From Eledone cirrhosa (Eukaryota), in contig OZ024747.1 of NCBI GenBank assembly GCA_964016885.1, positions 43,276,001-43,340,000 of the forward strand: a stretch of DNA of 64,000 bases. Direction: 5' to 3'. Shown piece after piece: positions 24,126 through 37,000 of the stretch. The notes under the pieces were generated by a model that was not told the origin of the DNA, made no database searches, and was given only the letters and a program-made list of their open reading frames with translations. The position numbers and the translations under genes were made by a program. The first letter of the stretch is position 1. Each line of letters opens with the position of its first letter.

Positions 24126-24849
24126 ACTTATGTTAAGTCCTTATATTTGTGGAAAGTTTTCATAGCTTTTAATTGAAAGTTTTCTTAATTAATTTAAGGT
24201 TTTACTAAAGAAATATTCTCCACTTCTAGTAAGTAAATAGGGCATAACATTGAGTTCAGGTATTAAGTAAGAGAGTGCAGAGTACTTTACTTTATAGAGA
24301 CATCCAAATGGCAAAGTGCAGTAATCAATCTGAAACCAAGAGTTAAGCATGTGAGCAAAACCATCGATGTATTATAGTTGTTAAACAATGTGTTATTGAA
24401 ACTGAAAACATCTTGCAGTGAATTAATAGAGAGCACTAGAGGAAGAGAGATATTCTGGCTTATTGAAGCTGAGGGTATGTGTGTGTATTATAATTATCGT
24501 GAGATGTTTAGAAATATAGGAAATTGTTTTGGCAAACACAGAAACCTGAGGCAGAAGTCTTTCTGAAGATTTTGAATATAAAGGCCTTTGTGGTAGTTAC
24601 AAATATTTGATAGCTATCATATTTTAATTATGTATTAGTTCTAGACTGTAGCATTGTGTATATTTTCACAAAGTGTCTATCATATACAAACATGCCTACA
24701 AGCATACATATGTACATACATACATACACCCATACATGCACATACATACATACATATCATGCCAATGGCAACTTTTCCATCTTTAAGGGTCTTCACTCTA
24801 TTTTATAGCAGCACCCTGCTCTTTATATTAAATACATATATATATGAAG

Positions 24850-25110
24850 AGAGGAGAATCCCCAGATGCATCATTGGTAGCAAGTGTGGAGGAGGGCTTC
24901 TTATTATGAAGTCAGTGGATGGTCTGCCAAGAACACTTTATTTGCTGATGTCAAGTTGGATTCCAGCTTAACCCCAAAGTCCTCCCATGTCTTAACTTTG
25001 GATGCCTTTACTGTCCCTGTTGTGATTTTTCATGTCAGCTTATACTGCAAGTGCAAGAAGGGGGACTTATTTCGAAGCCAAGCTTTGTAAGCCTCTTTCT
25101 TCCTAAATCA
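24850..25110 (-). mobile_element. RTE LINE internal fragment (EN-RT linker)
   Basis: Minus-strand RKKEAYKAWL..Y..VKASKVKTWEDFGVKLE..ANKVF-WQTI with stop and frameshift. Confidence 0.65.
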
Positions 25111-25420
25111 TGATGCATTTCTACCTGACATCTGAGGCAAAATTTGATAATACATATATTTTACAATCAGTTGTCATACAAATGATGTCTTTGGAAGGTT
25201 TTTAAATTGATAACACCCTTCTCAGGTCATGACCAGTAACAGTCAGCACTATTTTCTGTATCTCTTGCAGAGATGACTTTCCAGGTGTCTGGTCCAAATA
25301 TTTTCCACTTCCATTTTTTATCATTCCAAGTGCACTGAATACTACTGGTATTGTACAGGCTTTAAGATACCACATTTTCTCAATTTCATTTGATAGATCT
25401 TAATATTTACTGAGCTTTTT

Positions 25421-25980
25421 TGGCAGAATTGGTAGAGCGTCAGACCAAGCTTCGTCGCATAGAGTTACGGTTCTTTACGTTCTGATTTCAAATCCTGCCA
25501 AGGCTAGCTTTGCTTTTCATCTTCACATGGTTGATAAAATAAAGTACCAGTCATGCACTGGGTCGATTTACTTGACTTTCCCCTACCACAAAAATTTCTG
25601 GCCTTGTGCCTAAATCAGGAACCATTATTATTATTATTATGAGTTCAAATCCCGCCGAGGTTAACTTTGCCTTTCATCCTTACGGGGTCGATGAAATAAA
25701 ATACACTGGGTAATTGCTGGCCTTGTGCCAAAAGTAGAAACAAATATTATTATTATTATTATTATTTTATAAAGTACCAGTAATACACTGGAATAATTGC
25801 TGGCCTTGTGCCAAAAGTAGAAACAATTATTATTTTGTTGTTGTTGTTGTTGCTGTTGATGATGGTGGTGGTAGTAGTAGTAGTAGTAGTTGTCATTTTT
25901 TTGTGTTGAATAAATACATAAATCATTATTGTTGTTGTTATTATTATCATTATGTCGGCCCTTGTGGCTAATAAATGAAA

Positions 25981-25990
<10 letters not shown>
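25421..25990 (+). mobile_element. Stack of three SINE-A-type copies (25421-25625, 25640-25745, 25770-25830) plus LINE 3' tip (about 25957-25985)
   Basis: Each SINE copy ends GGCCTTGTGCC..(ATT)n. CCCTTGTGGCTAATAAA matches the LINE end at 19506-19522. Confidence 0.85.
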
Positions 25991-26038
<48 letters not shown>

Positions 26039-26420
26039 AGCTGCATTTATCTTGTATTATTATTATTATTATTATTATTATTGTTACTATTATTATCATC
26101 ACTATTCTGTTGTTTTATTGTTGTCCCCATACACCAAAATAGACTCAAGCATTGTCTGTCTCACTAAAACTAATTAATATTTATTTTATGAACTGTATTT
26201 GTATAATTGAATCTGGAACCAGTGATATTTAGAACTAATCAGTTATAGATAGATAAATACAACTGAAAACTGTAGCCACTACAGACAGGGGACAGTCGTT
26301 GGTTTTGGTTCAGAGAAGAGTTCTAACCTATATCAGGTTGGTACTAGTGGCAGAATTAGAAATATACCAGTACATAAATCTTACTAACTAGTTACTCATT
26401 TTTTATTCTCTTTCATTTAA

Positions 26421-26910
26421 GCCCTTCATATCTACATTTTGTTTAACCCTTTCTAATAAAATACACTGCTAATGATTTTAAGATAATTTTGAAATTAATC
26501 AAGAATTTTGAGGTATTTAGTAATATGGTTAATTTTCTTTTTATTAAGCTGGTATTTGGAACAAGTTAATGAAGAGTCTTACATAAAATTATTATGGAAA
26601 GCTTTTAGATGAATATAATCACTTTAACCCTTTAGCATTTAAACTGGCCATATCTGACCAGAATTCTCTCATCTCTTTCAGTTCAAACCCGCTTAACCGG
26701 CTGTTCAACTGATCTTAAGGTATTGTTCTCAAAATAAATAATATAAAAATCTCATAGATTTGATATTATGTGAGATAATTATATGAGGTAAAGCCTTTAC
26801 TGTGAAAATACAATAGTAAATTTAGAATAATGTAAATGTTAAAGGGTTAAAATGAATAAGTTTGAACTGTAGATGGAGGGAGAGTTACAGATGGTTTGGG
26901 ATCAAAAGGG
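26421..26910. mobile_element. piggyBac-like MITE (outer) with inner MITE at 26628-26846 in opposite orientation to the 6.5-kb pair
   Basis: Inner TTAA|CCCTTTAGCATTTA...TAAATGTTAAAGGG|TTAA is the reverse complement of 6572-6783. The outer element is similar to 6416-6862 and ends AAAGGG|TTAA. Confidence 0.72.
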
Positions 26911-27611
26911 TTAAAATACAGAAAATGTTCTCATTAGAACAGAAAAAGGAATTTGGTTTAATTTTGGAATTCATAGAAAGCAAATAGAAAAAAATTTAGT
27001 CTTTGTCAAACTTAGTCTTTAGTTAAAGATGACTGAATACAGTTAAGATCTGGGGAGGGAGAACAGGAAGGAAAATTAGACTTGATGGAGAGGAATTTGC
27101 TTGAATGAACCTGAAGCATAATAACATGGGATAGACATAAATACAAAACTGAAGCTAATCATGATGACGATGGTGATGATAATAATGTTTATACCCATCA
27201 CCACCATCACCATCATCAATGGACCACCACCATTATCATCATCACCATCACCATCACCAGGAGCAGCAGCAACATCAGCAGTATTAACAGCACCATCACC
27301 ATCAACAGATCATCTTCCAAACAATGTTTGTTTTAAATAATCAGCTCCATAGCTCTAGCAGAGATACTGTTACCCCATGTGTTGGAAATGGCAAATCTAA
27401 ATATTAAAATCGATAGCTGAAGAAAATTACCTCCAATAAAATATCTGTGTTTGCAATACACATATCTATATTTATAAGACTTCTCTTCTTTGCACCGCCC
27501 CCCTCTACCTTTCCTCGCACACTCACACACACATATATATATTGGTATGGGTGTTTATAGTTTATAATGCCATAAAGCGTTCAAATATACACTCAAAACG
27601 TATAGGTAGAG

Positions 27612-27651
<40 letters not shown>

Positions 27652-27697
27652 GCACACATATATGCATCTATATATATACATATACATATACATACAC

Positions 27698-27796
<99 letters not shown>

Positions 27797-28539
27797 CTGT
27801 GTATATATGTTGTATTCATCTTCAGAGGTTTATAGCTCAGAGAGCTGGTGGTTAGTTGTTGAAAGGAAACTGTAATGAATCAAAGATATTTGATCACAGA
27901 AAACAACACCCATTCACCTCCACCACCACCACCACCACCAGCACCACCACTTCCACCACCACCAGCACCACCACCTCCACCACCAACAACAATGACAACT
28001 CACTTAGATATATAGATATGTAGATAGTGAGGTGGTTCAGTCGTATAAATAAAGTTGAGACATTAAAGAGTGCAATGTTGCAGCGTAATTATTTCGTATC
28101 AGCAGTAAATGAGTGTGTTGATTGAGCCATTAATGGAAGGGAGGTAAAAGTATCAAGTTTGTGAGTTTTGGGAAATAGTTGTATTGGAAAGTATTGATCA
28201 TATCTTGGTGTCTGTTTGGTAGGCCACAAACTTGAAATATCCTGTCAAAATAGGATCATTTCCAACTGGGAAGCCATGAAATAATTACTACTCTGGCTTT
28301 CAGTGGACAAACAATTTAATTACGAAACACCAACTATCACTTCTCTAGAAATCCAAAAGGAACACATCAATGCCATTGTTTTCATTACAAGTTCATTACT
28401 TGAGAAACTTCAGTAACATCTTCATATATTTCATGTTTTCTTTATTTTCTCTTATTTCAGATTTGTTTCTTAATCATTTCATCTTGTAAAACTAAAGCAA
28501 ACGTTTCAGCTTTTTATTCTAACGTTGATAGGATGTGAA

Positions 28540-28845
28540 GTGGTGGTTATGTGGTGGTTATGATGGTGGTGGTGGTGGTTGTGGTGGTGGTTGTGGTGAT
28601 TGTGGTAGTGTTGATGGTGGTGGTGGTGTTGATGGTGGTGGTGGTAGTGGTGGTGATTGTGGAGGTGGTTGTTTGGTTGTTGTTGATGGTGGTATTGTTG
28701 TTGTTGTAGTAGTGTTGGTGGTGTTGGTGATGGTGATGACGGTAGTGATTGTGATGGTGGTGGAGGGGATGATTGTGGTGGTGGTGGAGACAGGGGCGAT
28801 GGTGATGGAGGTGAGGGTGGTTGCAATGGTGGTGGTGGTGGCTGG
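28540..28845. repeat. Degenerate (GGT)n tract
   Basis: Direct reading. Related (CAC/CAT)n tracts at 27160-27310 and 27915-27990. Confidence 0.9.
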
Positions 28846-28964
28846 TTTTCTTTTGTTGTTCTTCAGTTGTTATTTAATCCAGGCTACAACTAATATTCAT
28901 AAGTTTCTATATTGATTTCAAGATCTTTGTCCATGATAGCAAACACACACACACAGACACACAC

Positions 28965-28997
<33 letters not shown>

Positions 28998-29099
28998 TGT
29001 ATGTATGTATGTATGTATGTATGTATGTGTTTATATATATATATGCATGTGTATATGTATGTATATATGTATGTATGTACATATATATATAAGCATGTG

Positions 29100-29133
<34 letters not shown>

Positions 29134-32100
29134 GATGGTATCAAGAAAGCTAATAATATATTAGTATCAAATTAGCAAGTAAAATATTTACAATAACAAG
29201 CAAGTTACTCAAAGAGAAAATAGAGTTTAATTATAATATCAAATTCATGAGGAATCTCATTGAATTATAAAGCTATTAACAAGTTTCAGTAATCCCAAAG
29301 GATGAGATTCTAAGAGTTAAAGAAAGCTGAAGCTATAACTGTTGTGTGTGGTTTTCATTGACAATTATTGTGGAATAAAGAACACCAAACATGTTGTTAT
29401 ATCAGATGATTTAATAGATATTAATCTAATTATAATACTTGAAATGTTTCAACAAAAGTCGTCGAGTTATTTTCACATATTAACGAAATAGAATTTGTTG
29501 TTTTGGTCAAGACAAATACTTGTATGAGAAATATTGGTTATAATATTGGTATAAAATTAAATACTAACAAAGCAATGGCTCAACTCCTGCTGAGAAAAAC
29601 TTCTCTGGGCAACTGCTTCATTAGTATGTTGGTTTTATTAATGTAATTATTTGTTCTATCTAAGCCAACCACTTGCATTCATGTTTACAGATATTGTCTG
29701 TGTTTACTGAAGGATTTCCATTGACATTGCCTACTTACATTCAGTTTTACATACATTTCCCCTTATTTATTGCAGATATGTTTCTGTGTGTCTTATGGAA
29801 GGTTTCCTTTGCTTTCAGGTTAGTCAATTATTCATGTCTGCTTCACTCAGTTTATTTAAGCCTTCGGCCAGTTCATGTTTCCTCTCATTAATTAAAAGAA
29901 AAATGTACTCTATTCACAAAACTTTATTATTCTTATTAGGATATCATTACTCTTATAAGAATTGATAACCAGATTATTGAAAAGACCAGACAGATATATT
30001 CTAGAATCTACTAGCAACAGAATAATGCTTTCCAGTTGTTTAAATATACAGTACATTTATAGGCCAGACAACTGGGTTATATTAACAATTAGTTTTCGCC
30101 AAAGAGCTCAAACAATAAATACCATCCAAATTGGTGGGCAAACTAACTAGAATCACTTTACAATTTACAATATACACTAATCAAAATAAAGCTAGACATT
30201 ATGCAGTAACTGGCCAATTGCTGGCAATAAATGAGTATAATTTTCTGCATTCAGGGAATGTATTTCCATTTTTTAAGAACTCTTGATTTGGGATAGAAAT
30301 TCTTTTAAAGCAAACTGATGAAGTTTTGAGTTAGTGAAGAGCTAATTATATCAGTCTAATTGTACATGTTTATTTGTTCAAGATCAGTTGGTACAAAGCA
30401 TGTTATTTAGGTATTTAACTCTAGAATATCAAAACTCTTTCTATGGTGTAGATAAAAGATAGTGTGTCGAATATCTCTCAACTTAGCAGTTTTAATTTAT
30501 ATTGTTCAGTTATAGTATTATAATTTAATTATTGCACTCGAGTGAAAGTTTTATCCCATTTATTGGTCATGTAAATTAGTTATTTTTAATCATATATATC
30601 CTGGTTTTAGTAAAAGTGCACTGTGTCCCTGCATGTTATAAGAGTTGGTGATAGGAAAGGTATCTAACCATAAAACTCTGCATCAAAAATCCTATTAAGC
30701 CCATGCCAGCATAGATGGAAACAGAATGATAGGAATTCTGCTAGAAGATGATCAATTATATCCTAAAGACACTTGTGGATCTCAATATAATTCTTGTGAT
30801 TCAGTCTGAAAGAACAAGGCAGGACAAAATGAAACTTTATTTGAAACAAAGAAAGCTGTTTCTTTTCAATAAGTATTTAATTAAAGAAAATTCTCATGCT
30901 ATTTGCAAATTCCCCCAGTCTGAAGAAGTCAATGGAGGCTCATGTTCAGTACAACTGGATTTAGGCGTAAGCTTAAACAAGCTACAGTTTAGAATCTCTC
31001 AATGTGCTGCAGCTTAACATTTTTTTTTTCTTGAATAAAAAGAAAAAGAAAATTGCTGCATCGTGCTCATTTCTGCTTTTTTTTCTTTTCTCTCTCTACA
31101 CTTCTCTCATTCCTCAACATATGCTTTAGACTCTCTTTCTTTCATTCTTTCTCCCCTTTTTTGATCATTCTTCCAATCTCATGGGGTTATATTTCAACAG
31201 AACTTTTGGTATGCTTAATAGCTGCTGGCTATTTTCCCAGCTTCTTCCATGATTGAGATACCTACAATTTTGTGATATTTCTCATACACCCATCACTTTA
31301 ATCCTGTTTAGAATAATGTATATATTTACAATTTTTGTGAAAGCTTTTGGTGTATTTTTTTATAAACAAAAAGCCCCCAAGCTTTATATAGCTAAGGGCA
31401 CCATCAGATCTAAATCCAGCACTGTCTAGAGAGATGAAAGACAAAGTTGACCTCAGTACTTGATTGAATACAAGCAGTATATAAAAAAAGACAAGTAACT
31501 AAATACAGCAAAGTATTTTGTCCCAATACTCCACCCTTATCACCTTATCAATTCTGTCATTCACCACTCTCTCATCAATAATAATAACAATACCATTCAC
31601 CATTGTCATAATAGCATCAAAAGAATATCATAGCTGGCAGTATGCCAGTTCTTTTGTCAACAGAGCTGCCCTCTTTTCTACTCTATCATATTATCTAGGT
31701 CATTGCATATGGATAATCCAGATTCATAGAATAATAAAAGTATTTTCCTTTTGATCTTCTCATCAAATGACTCCTTATGAGTGTGTGTGATTAATCAGTC
31801 AACTGTAATAATCAACCATAATGTTTGTGAGACAGGCCATAATATTTCAGCCACCTTCCCTAGGTACCTCCCTTTACAAGAAGGTTGTTAGTTCTACTTG
31901 ATTGCTCTGAACATTGACTAAATATATCACTGTTAATTTTACATTATAGAAAGCAAGCAAATAAGTGTTGGCAAAGCATTTAAATGAAGTTACGATTAAA
32001 TTACTGTAATTAATTTGAATATACAAACATTATATATATATATATAAGTACTTAATACATTAACAGAGAAAGCTTTTAGCGATACTCCGACCAACTCCCA

Positions 32101-32235
32101 TCTCACTCAACAAACATTAGGATATACCTGAGTATAATCCCAATTATGCGTTCAGGGTGTTAACTATATTGTATTTCGTGGATAGTTGGCTGTATTATTT
32201 TATATGAGACATAATTAAATAAATCTCTCTTTCTT

Positions 32236-32357
32236 TCCATACGATCGTTTCGTTATAAGATTTCTACAAGGTGGGAAAATAATGTCCAAGTTATGTAGAA
32301 GCTTGCATATAATCCATAGATATCCATGCAAGAAGGCCCTTATAACTCATCAGTGGA
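32236..32357 (-). ncRNA. Type I hammerhead ribozyme, canonical core, branched stem II
   Basis: Minus strand: TCCA CTGATGA GTTATAAG [79 nt] CTTATAAC GAA ACGATCGT A TGGA. GUA cleavage triplet; palindromic stem III as in minimal PLE hammerheads. Confidence 0.8.
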
Positions 32358-32358
32358 T

Positions 32359-32581
32359 TATATATATAAGTATAAAGAAAGTGCTCAAGCACAGACATGC
32401 TATTAAGATAGCTTATAAAATAGGGTGAAGACCCTTAGAAGATAGAAAAAGAAGTTGCCATTGGCTTGCTATGAAGAATTGAACTCCATATTTTTCGTTT
32501 TTTAAGGGTCTTTACCCTATTTTATAAGCTATCTTTATATCATTTCTGTGCTTGAGCACTTTCTTTATACTTATATATATA
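32359..32581. repeat. Imperfect inverted repeat, about 78-bp arms, abutting the hammerhead
   Basis: 32359-32437 versus 32503-32581 (AAGTATAAAGAAAGTGCTCAAGCACAGA / TCTGTGCTTGAGCACTTTCTTTATACTT). Confidence 0.88.
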
Positions 32582-32586
32582 TGATG

Positions 32587-32618
<32 letters not shown>

Positions 32619-32979
32619 GTGTGTGTGTGTATATATATGTGTGTGTGTGTGCAAACCCCTTTAAAAGAACTATATTATGTAAATTAATTACAGAGATTTA
32701 CTAGGTGGTTAAACCAATGTCATCAGTTACACTAACATTTCCCTGTAGTATATATTTTAATACCACTTTAGCATTTATTTATTCAATAAAAAATATTTCA
32801 TCTTCTCTTCAGGGATGATAAATCTGGTGGGATGATAAAGATAAGGCAGTGGTGGGGGAAAATATTTAAATACTCAGTCAAACATTTTCCATTCTTTTCT
32901 TCTGAAATAATGATAATCTACTTTTTGTTTGATGTTTTAATTTTTTTTTTCTTGTTTATTTTTATATAACAATAAATGA

Positions 32980-33172
32980 TTTCTAATTTAGGCACAAGGT
33001 CGGCAATTTTGGGTTGCAAAAAGGGAATGTTGATAGAATCGACCTCAGTACTTGGCTGGTACTTTACTTGTAAGTTGACCATAGCCAGATTTGAACTCAA
33101 AACGAAATGAGTCAGAACAAATACTGCTAAGCATTTACCTGATTTTCTAATGACTCTGCTATTCCACCACCT
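32980..33172 (-). mobile_element. Diverged SINE family A relative
   Basis: GGCACAAGG, GATTTGAACTCA and TTCCACCACC match the reverse complement of the SINE. Confidence 0.7.
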
Positions 33173-33489
33173 CAATTTTTATTGCATTAAATGAACACCA
33201 ATTTTCAGGACTGTCAAAAGAAATTCAGCAAGACTGAACAAGACTGCTTTGAGGAAGCTAAGAGGCTTTTTATTTGGTAGATCAGATATTCTTGAGCCTC
33301 TCCATGGTTTTTTGAGTCCCACAACCAATCTACCTGCCTATTTTATATATCTTATATAATTTTAATTATTCTAAACTTTCAATTATTTGAGAAGGATACA
33401 AAACTAATACTTTCAGATTTTCAAAAGTTATATAATGATTAAAACTTATTTTCTATTGTATATTTATTGTCTAAGTCTAAAGTCTGTCT

Positions 33490-33770
33490 CAAGCCAGGAG
33501 GCTCGTCAAGCCAGTGCTTATCCCGGTTTCATGGTGTGAAGTGACTGAGAGTACAAGACTTCCCCCTGGACAGGATGCCAGTCCATTGCAAGGGTTAACC
33601 ACCCAGATATTGATGGTATTCATTTTCAACTGAGTATACTGGAGCAGTATGAAGTGTTTGGCTCAAAAGCACAACACACAACCCAGCCCGGGAATCAAAC
33701 ACACAGTAGTATAGTATGACGTTATGATAATAAATCCAACACCCTAATCACTAGGCCACACACCTCCGCA
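33490..33770 (-). mobile_element. tRNA-derived SINE family E with conserved central domains (CORE-like plus Meta-like)
   Basis: Minus strand: TGGCCTAGTGATTAGG A box, GTTTGATTCCC B box, then GCAATGGACTGGCATCCTGTCCAGGGGG..GAAACCGGGATAAGC. Domain names are from recall. Confidence 0.65.
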
Positions 33771-33789
33771 TATTTATTGTCTTTACCTT

Positions 33790-34052
33790 TCCTCCTTACA
33801 TGGTCAATAAAATAAAGTACTAGTAATGCACTAGGTAATTTCTGGTCTTGTGCCAAAAGTATAAACAATAATATTAGCAGTATTGGTAGAGAGTCGGACG
33901 CCATACTTTCCAGCATAGTTATGTCTCTTTACGGTCTGAGTTCAAATCCCGCCGAGGTTAACTTTGCCTTTCATCCTTACAGGGTCGATAAAATAGAGCA
34001 CCAGTAATGTACTGGGTAATTGCTGGCCTTGTGCCAAAAGTAGAAACAATTA
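33790..34052 (+). mobile_element. SINE A 3' fragment (33790-33870) followed by near-full SINE A (33877-34052)
   Basis: Matches 428-618. Confidence 0.88.
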
Positions 34053-34087
34053 TATTTATTTTTCATAGTCCCTTCTGTTGTGAATTA

Positions 34088-37000
34088 CACAGAATCCAGC
34101 TGCTGTATTACATCTTATTTATTAGTAACTATCTTACTCACAGAATCCAGCTGCTGTATTACACCTTATTTGTTAGTAACTATCTTACTCACAGAATCCA
34201 GCTGCTGTATTACATCTTATTTGTTAGTAACTATCTTACTTATAGAATCCAGCTGCTGTATTACACCTTATTTGTTAGTAACTATCTTACTCACAGAAGC
34301 CAGCTGCTGTATTACATCTTATTTATTAGTAACTATCTTACTCACAGAATCCAGCTGCTGTATTACATCTTATTTGTTAGTAACTATCTTACTTATAGAA
34401 TCCAGCTGCTGTATTACACCTTATTTGTTAGTAACTATCTTACTCACAGAAGCCAGCTGCTGTATTACATCTTATTTATTAGTAACTATCTTACTCACAG
34501 AATCCAGCTGCTGTATTACATCTTATTTGTTAGTAACTATCTTACTTATAGAATCCAGCTGCTGTATTACACCTTATTTGTTAGTAACTATCTTACTCAC
34601 AGAAGCCAGCTGCTGTATTACATATTATTTATTAGTAACTATCTTACTCACAGAATCCAGCTGCTGTATTACATCTTATTTGTTAGTAACTATCTTACTT
34701 ACAGAATCCAGCTGCTGTATTACATCTTATTTGTTAGTAACTATCTTACTCATAGAATCCAGTTACTGTATTACACCTTATTTGTTAGTAACTATCTTAC
34801 TCATAGAATCCAGCTGCTGTATTACATCTTATTTGTTAGTAACTATCTTACTCATAGAATCCAGCTACTGTATTACATCTTATTTGTTAGTAACTATCTT
34901 ACTCATAGAATCCAGTTACTGTATTACATCTTATTTGTTAGTAACTATCTTACTCACAGAATCCAGCTGCTGTATTACATCTTATTTGTTAGTAACTATC
35001 TTACTCATAGAATCCAGCTGCTGTATGCTGTATTACATCTTATTTGTTAGTAACTATCTTACTTATAGAATCCAGCTGCTGTATTACATCTTTTTTGTTA
35101 GTAACTATCCTACTCATAGAATCCAGCTACTGTATTACATCTTTTTTGTTAGTAACTATCTTACTTACAGAATCCAGCTGCTGTATTACATCTTATTTGT
35201 TAGTAACTATCTTAAAAATAGAATTCAGCTGCTGCATTACAACTTATTTGTTAGTAACTATCTTACTCATAGAATCCAGCTACTGTATTACATCTTATTT
35301 GTTAGTAACTATCTTACACATAGAATCCAGCTGCTGTATTACAACTTATTTGTTAGTAACTATCTTACTCACAGAATCCAGCTGCTGTATTACATCTTAT
35401 TTGTTAGTAACTACCTTACTCACAGAATCCAGCTACTGTATTACATCTTATTTGTTAGTAACTATCTTACTCATAGAATCCAGCTGCTGTATTACATCTT
35501 ATTTGTTAGTAACTATCTTACTCACAGAATCCAGCTGCTGTATTACATCTTATTTGTTAGTAACTACCTTACTCACAGAATCCAGCTGCGTATTACATCT
35601 TATTTGTTAGTAACTATCTTACTCATAGAATCCAGCTGCTGTATTACATCTTATTTGTTAGTAACTATCTTACTTATAGAATCCAGCTGCTGTATTACAT
35701 CTTTTTTGTTAGTAACTATCTTACTTACAGAATCCAGCTGCTGTATTACATCATATTTGTTAGTAACTATCTTACTCATAGAATCCAGCTGCTGTATTAC
35801 ATCTTATTTGTTAGTAACTATCTTACTCACAGAATCCAGCTGCTGTATTACATCTTATTTGTTAGTAACTATCTTACTCATAGAATCCAGATGCTGTATT
35901 ACAACTTATTTGTTAGTAACTATCTTACACATAGAATCCAGCTGCTGTATTACAACTTAATTGTTAGTAACTATCTTACTCATAGAATCCAGCTGCTGTA
36001 TTACATCTTATTTGTTAGTAACTATCTTACTCACAGAATCCAGCTGCTGTATTACATCTTATTTGTTAGTAACTATCTTACTCACAGAATCCAGCTGCTG
36101 TATTACATCTTATTTGTTAGTAACTATCTTACTCACAGAATCCAGCTGCTGTATTACATCTTATTTGTTAGTAACTATCTTACTCACAGAATCCAGCTGC
36201 TGTATTACATCTTATTTGTTAGTAACTATCTTACACATAGAATCCAGCTGCTGTATTACAACTTATTTGTTAGTAACTATCTTACTCACAGAATCCAGCT
36301 GCTGTATTACATCTTATTTGTTAGTAACTACCTTACTCACAGAATCCAGCTACTGTATTACATCTTATTTGTTAGTAACTATCTTACTCATAGAATCCAG
36401 CTGCTGTATTACATCTTATTTGTTAGTAACTATCTTACTCACAGAATCCAGCTGCTGTATTACATCTTATTTGTTAGTAACTACCTTACTCACAGAATCC
36501 AGCTGCTGTATTACATCTTATTTGTTAGTAACTATCTTACTCATAGAATCCAGCTGCTGTATTACATCTTATTTGTTAGTAACTATCTTACTTATAGAAT
36601 CCAGCTGCTGTATTACATCTTTTTTGTTAGTAACTATCTTACTTACAGAATCCAGCTGTTGTATTACATCATATTTGTTAGTAACTATCTTACTCATAGA
36701 ATCCAGCTGCTGTATTACATCTTATTTGTTAGTAACTATCTTACTCACAGAATCCAGCTGCTGTATTACATCTTATTTGTTAGTAACTACCTTACTCACA
36801 GAATCCAGCTGCTGTATTACATCTTATTTGTTAGTAACTATCTTACTCATAGAATCCAGCTGCTGTATTACATCTTATTTGTTAGTAACTATCTTACTTA
36901 TAGAATCCAGCTGCTGTATTACATCTTTTTTGTTAGTAACTATCTTACTCACAGAATCCAGCTGCTGTATTACAACTTATTTGTTAGTAACTATCTTACT

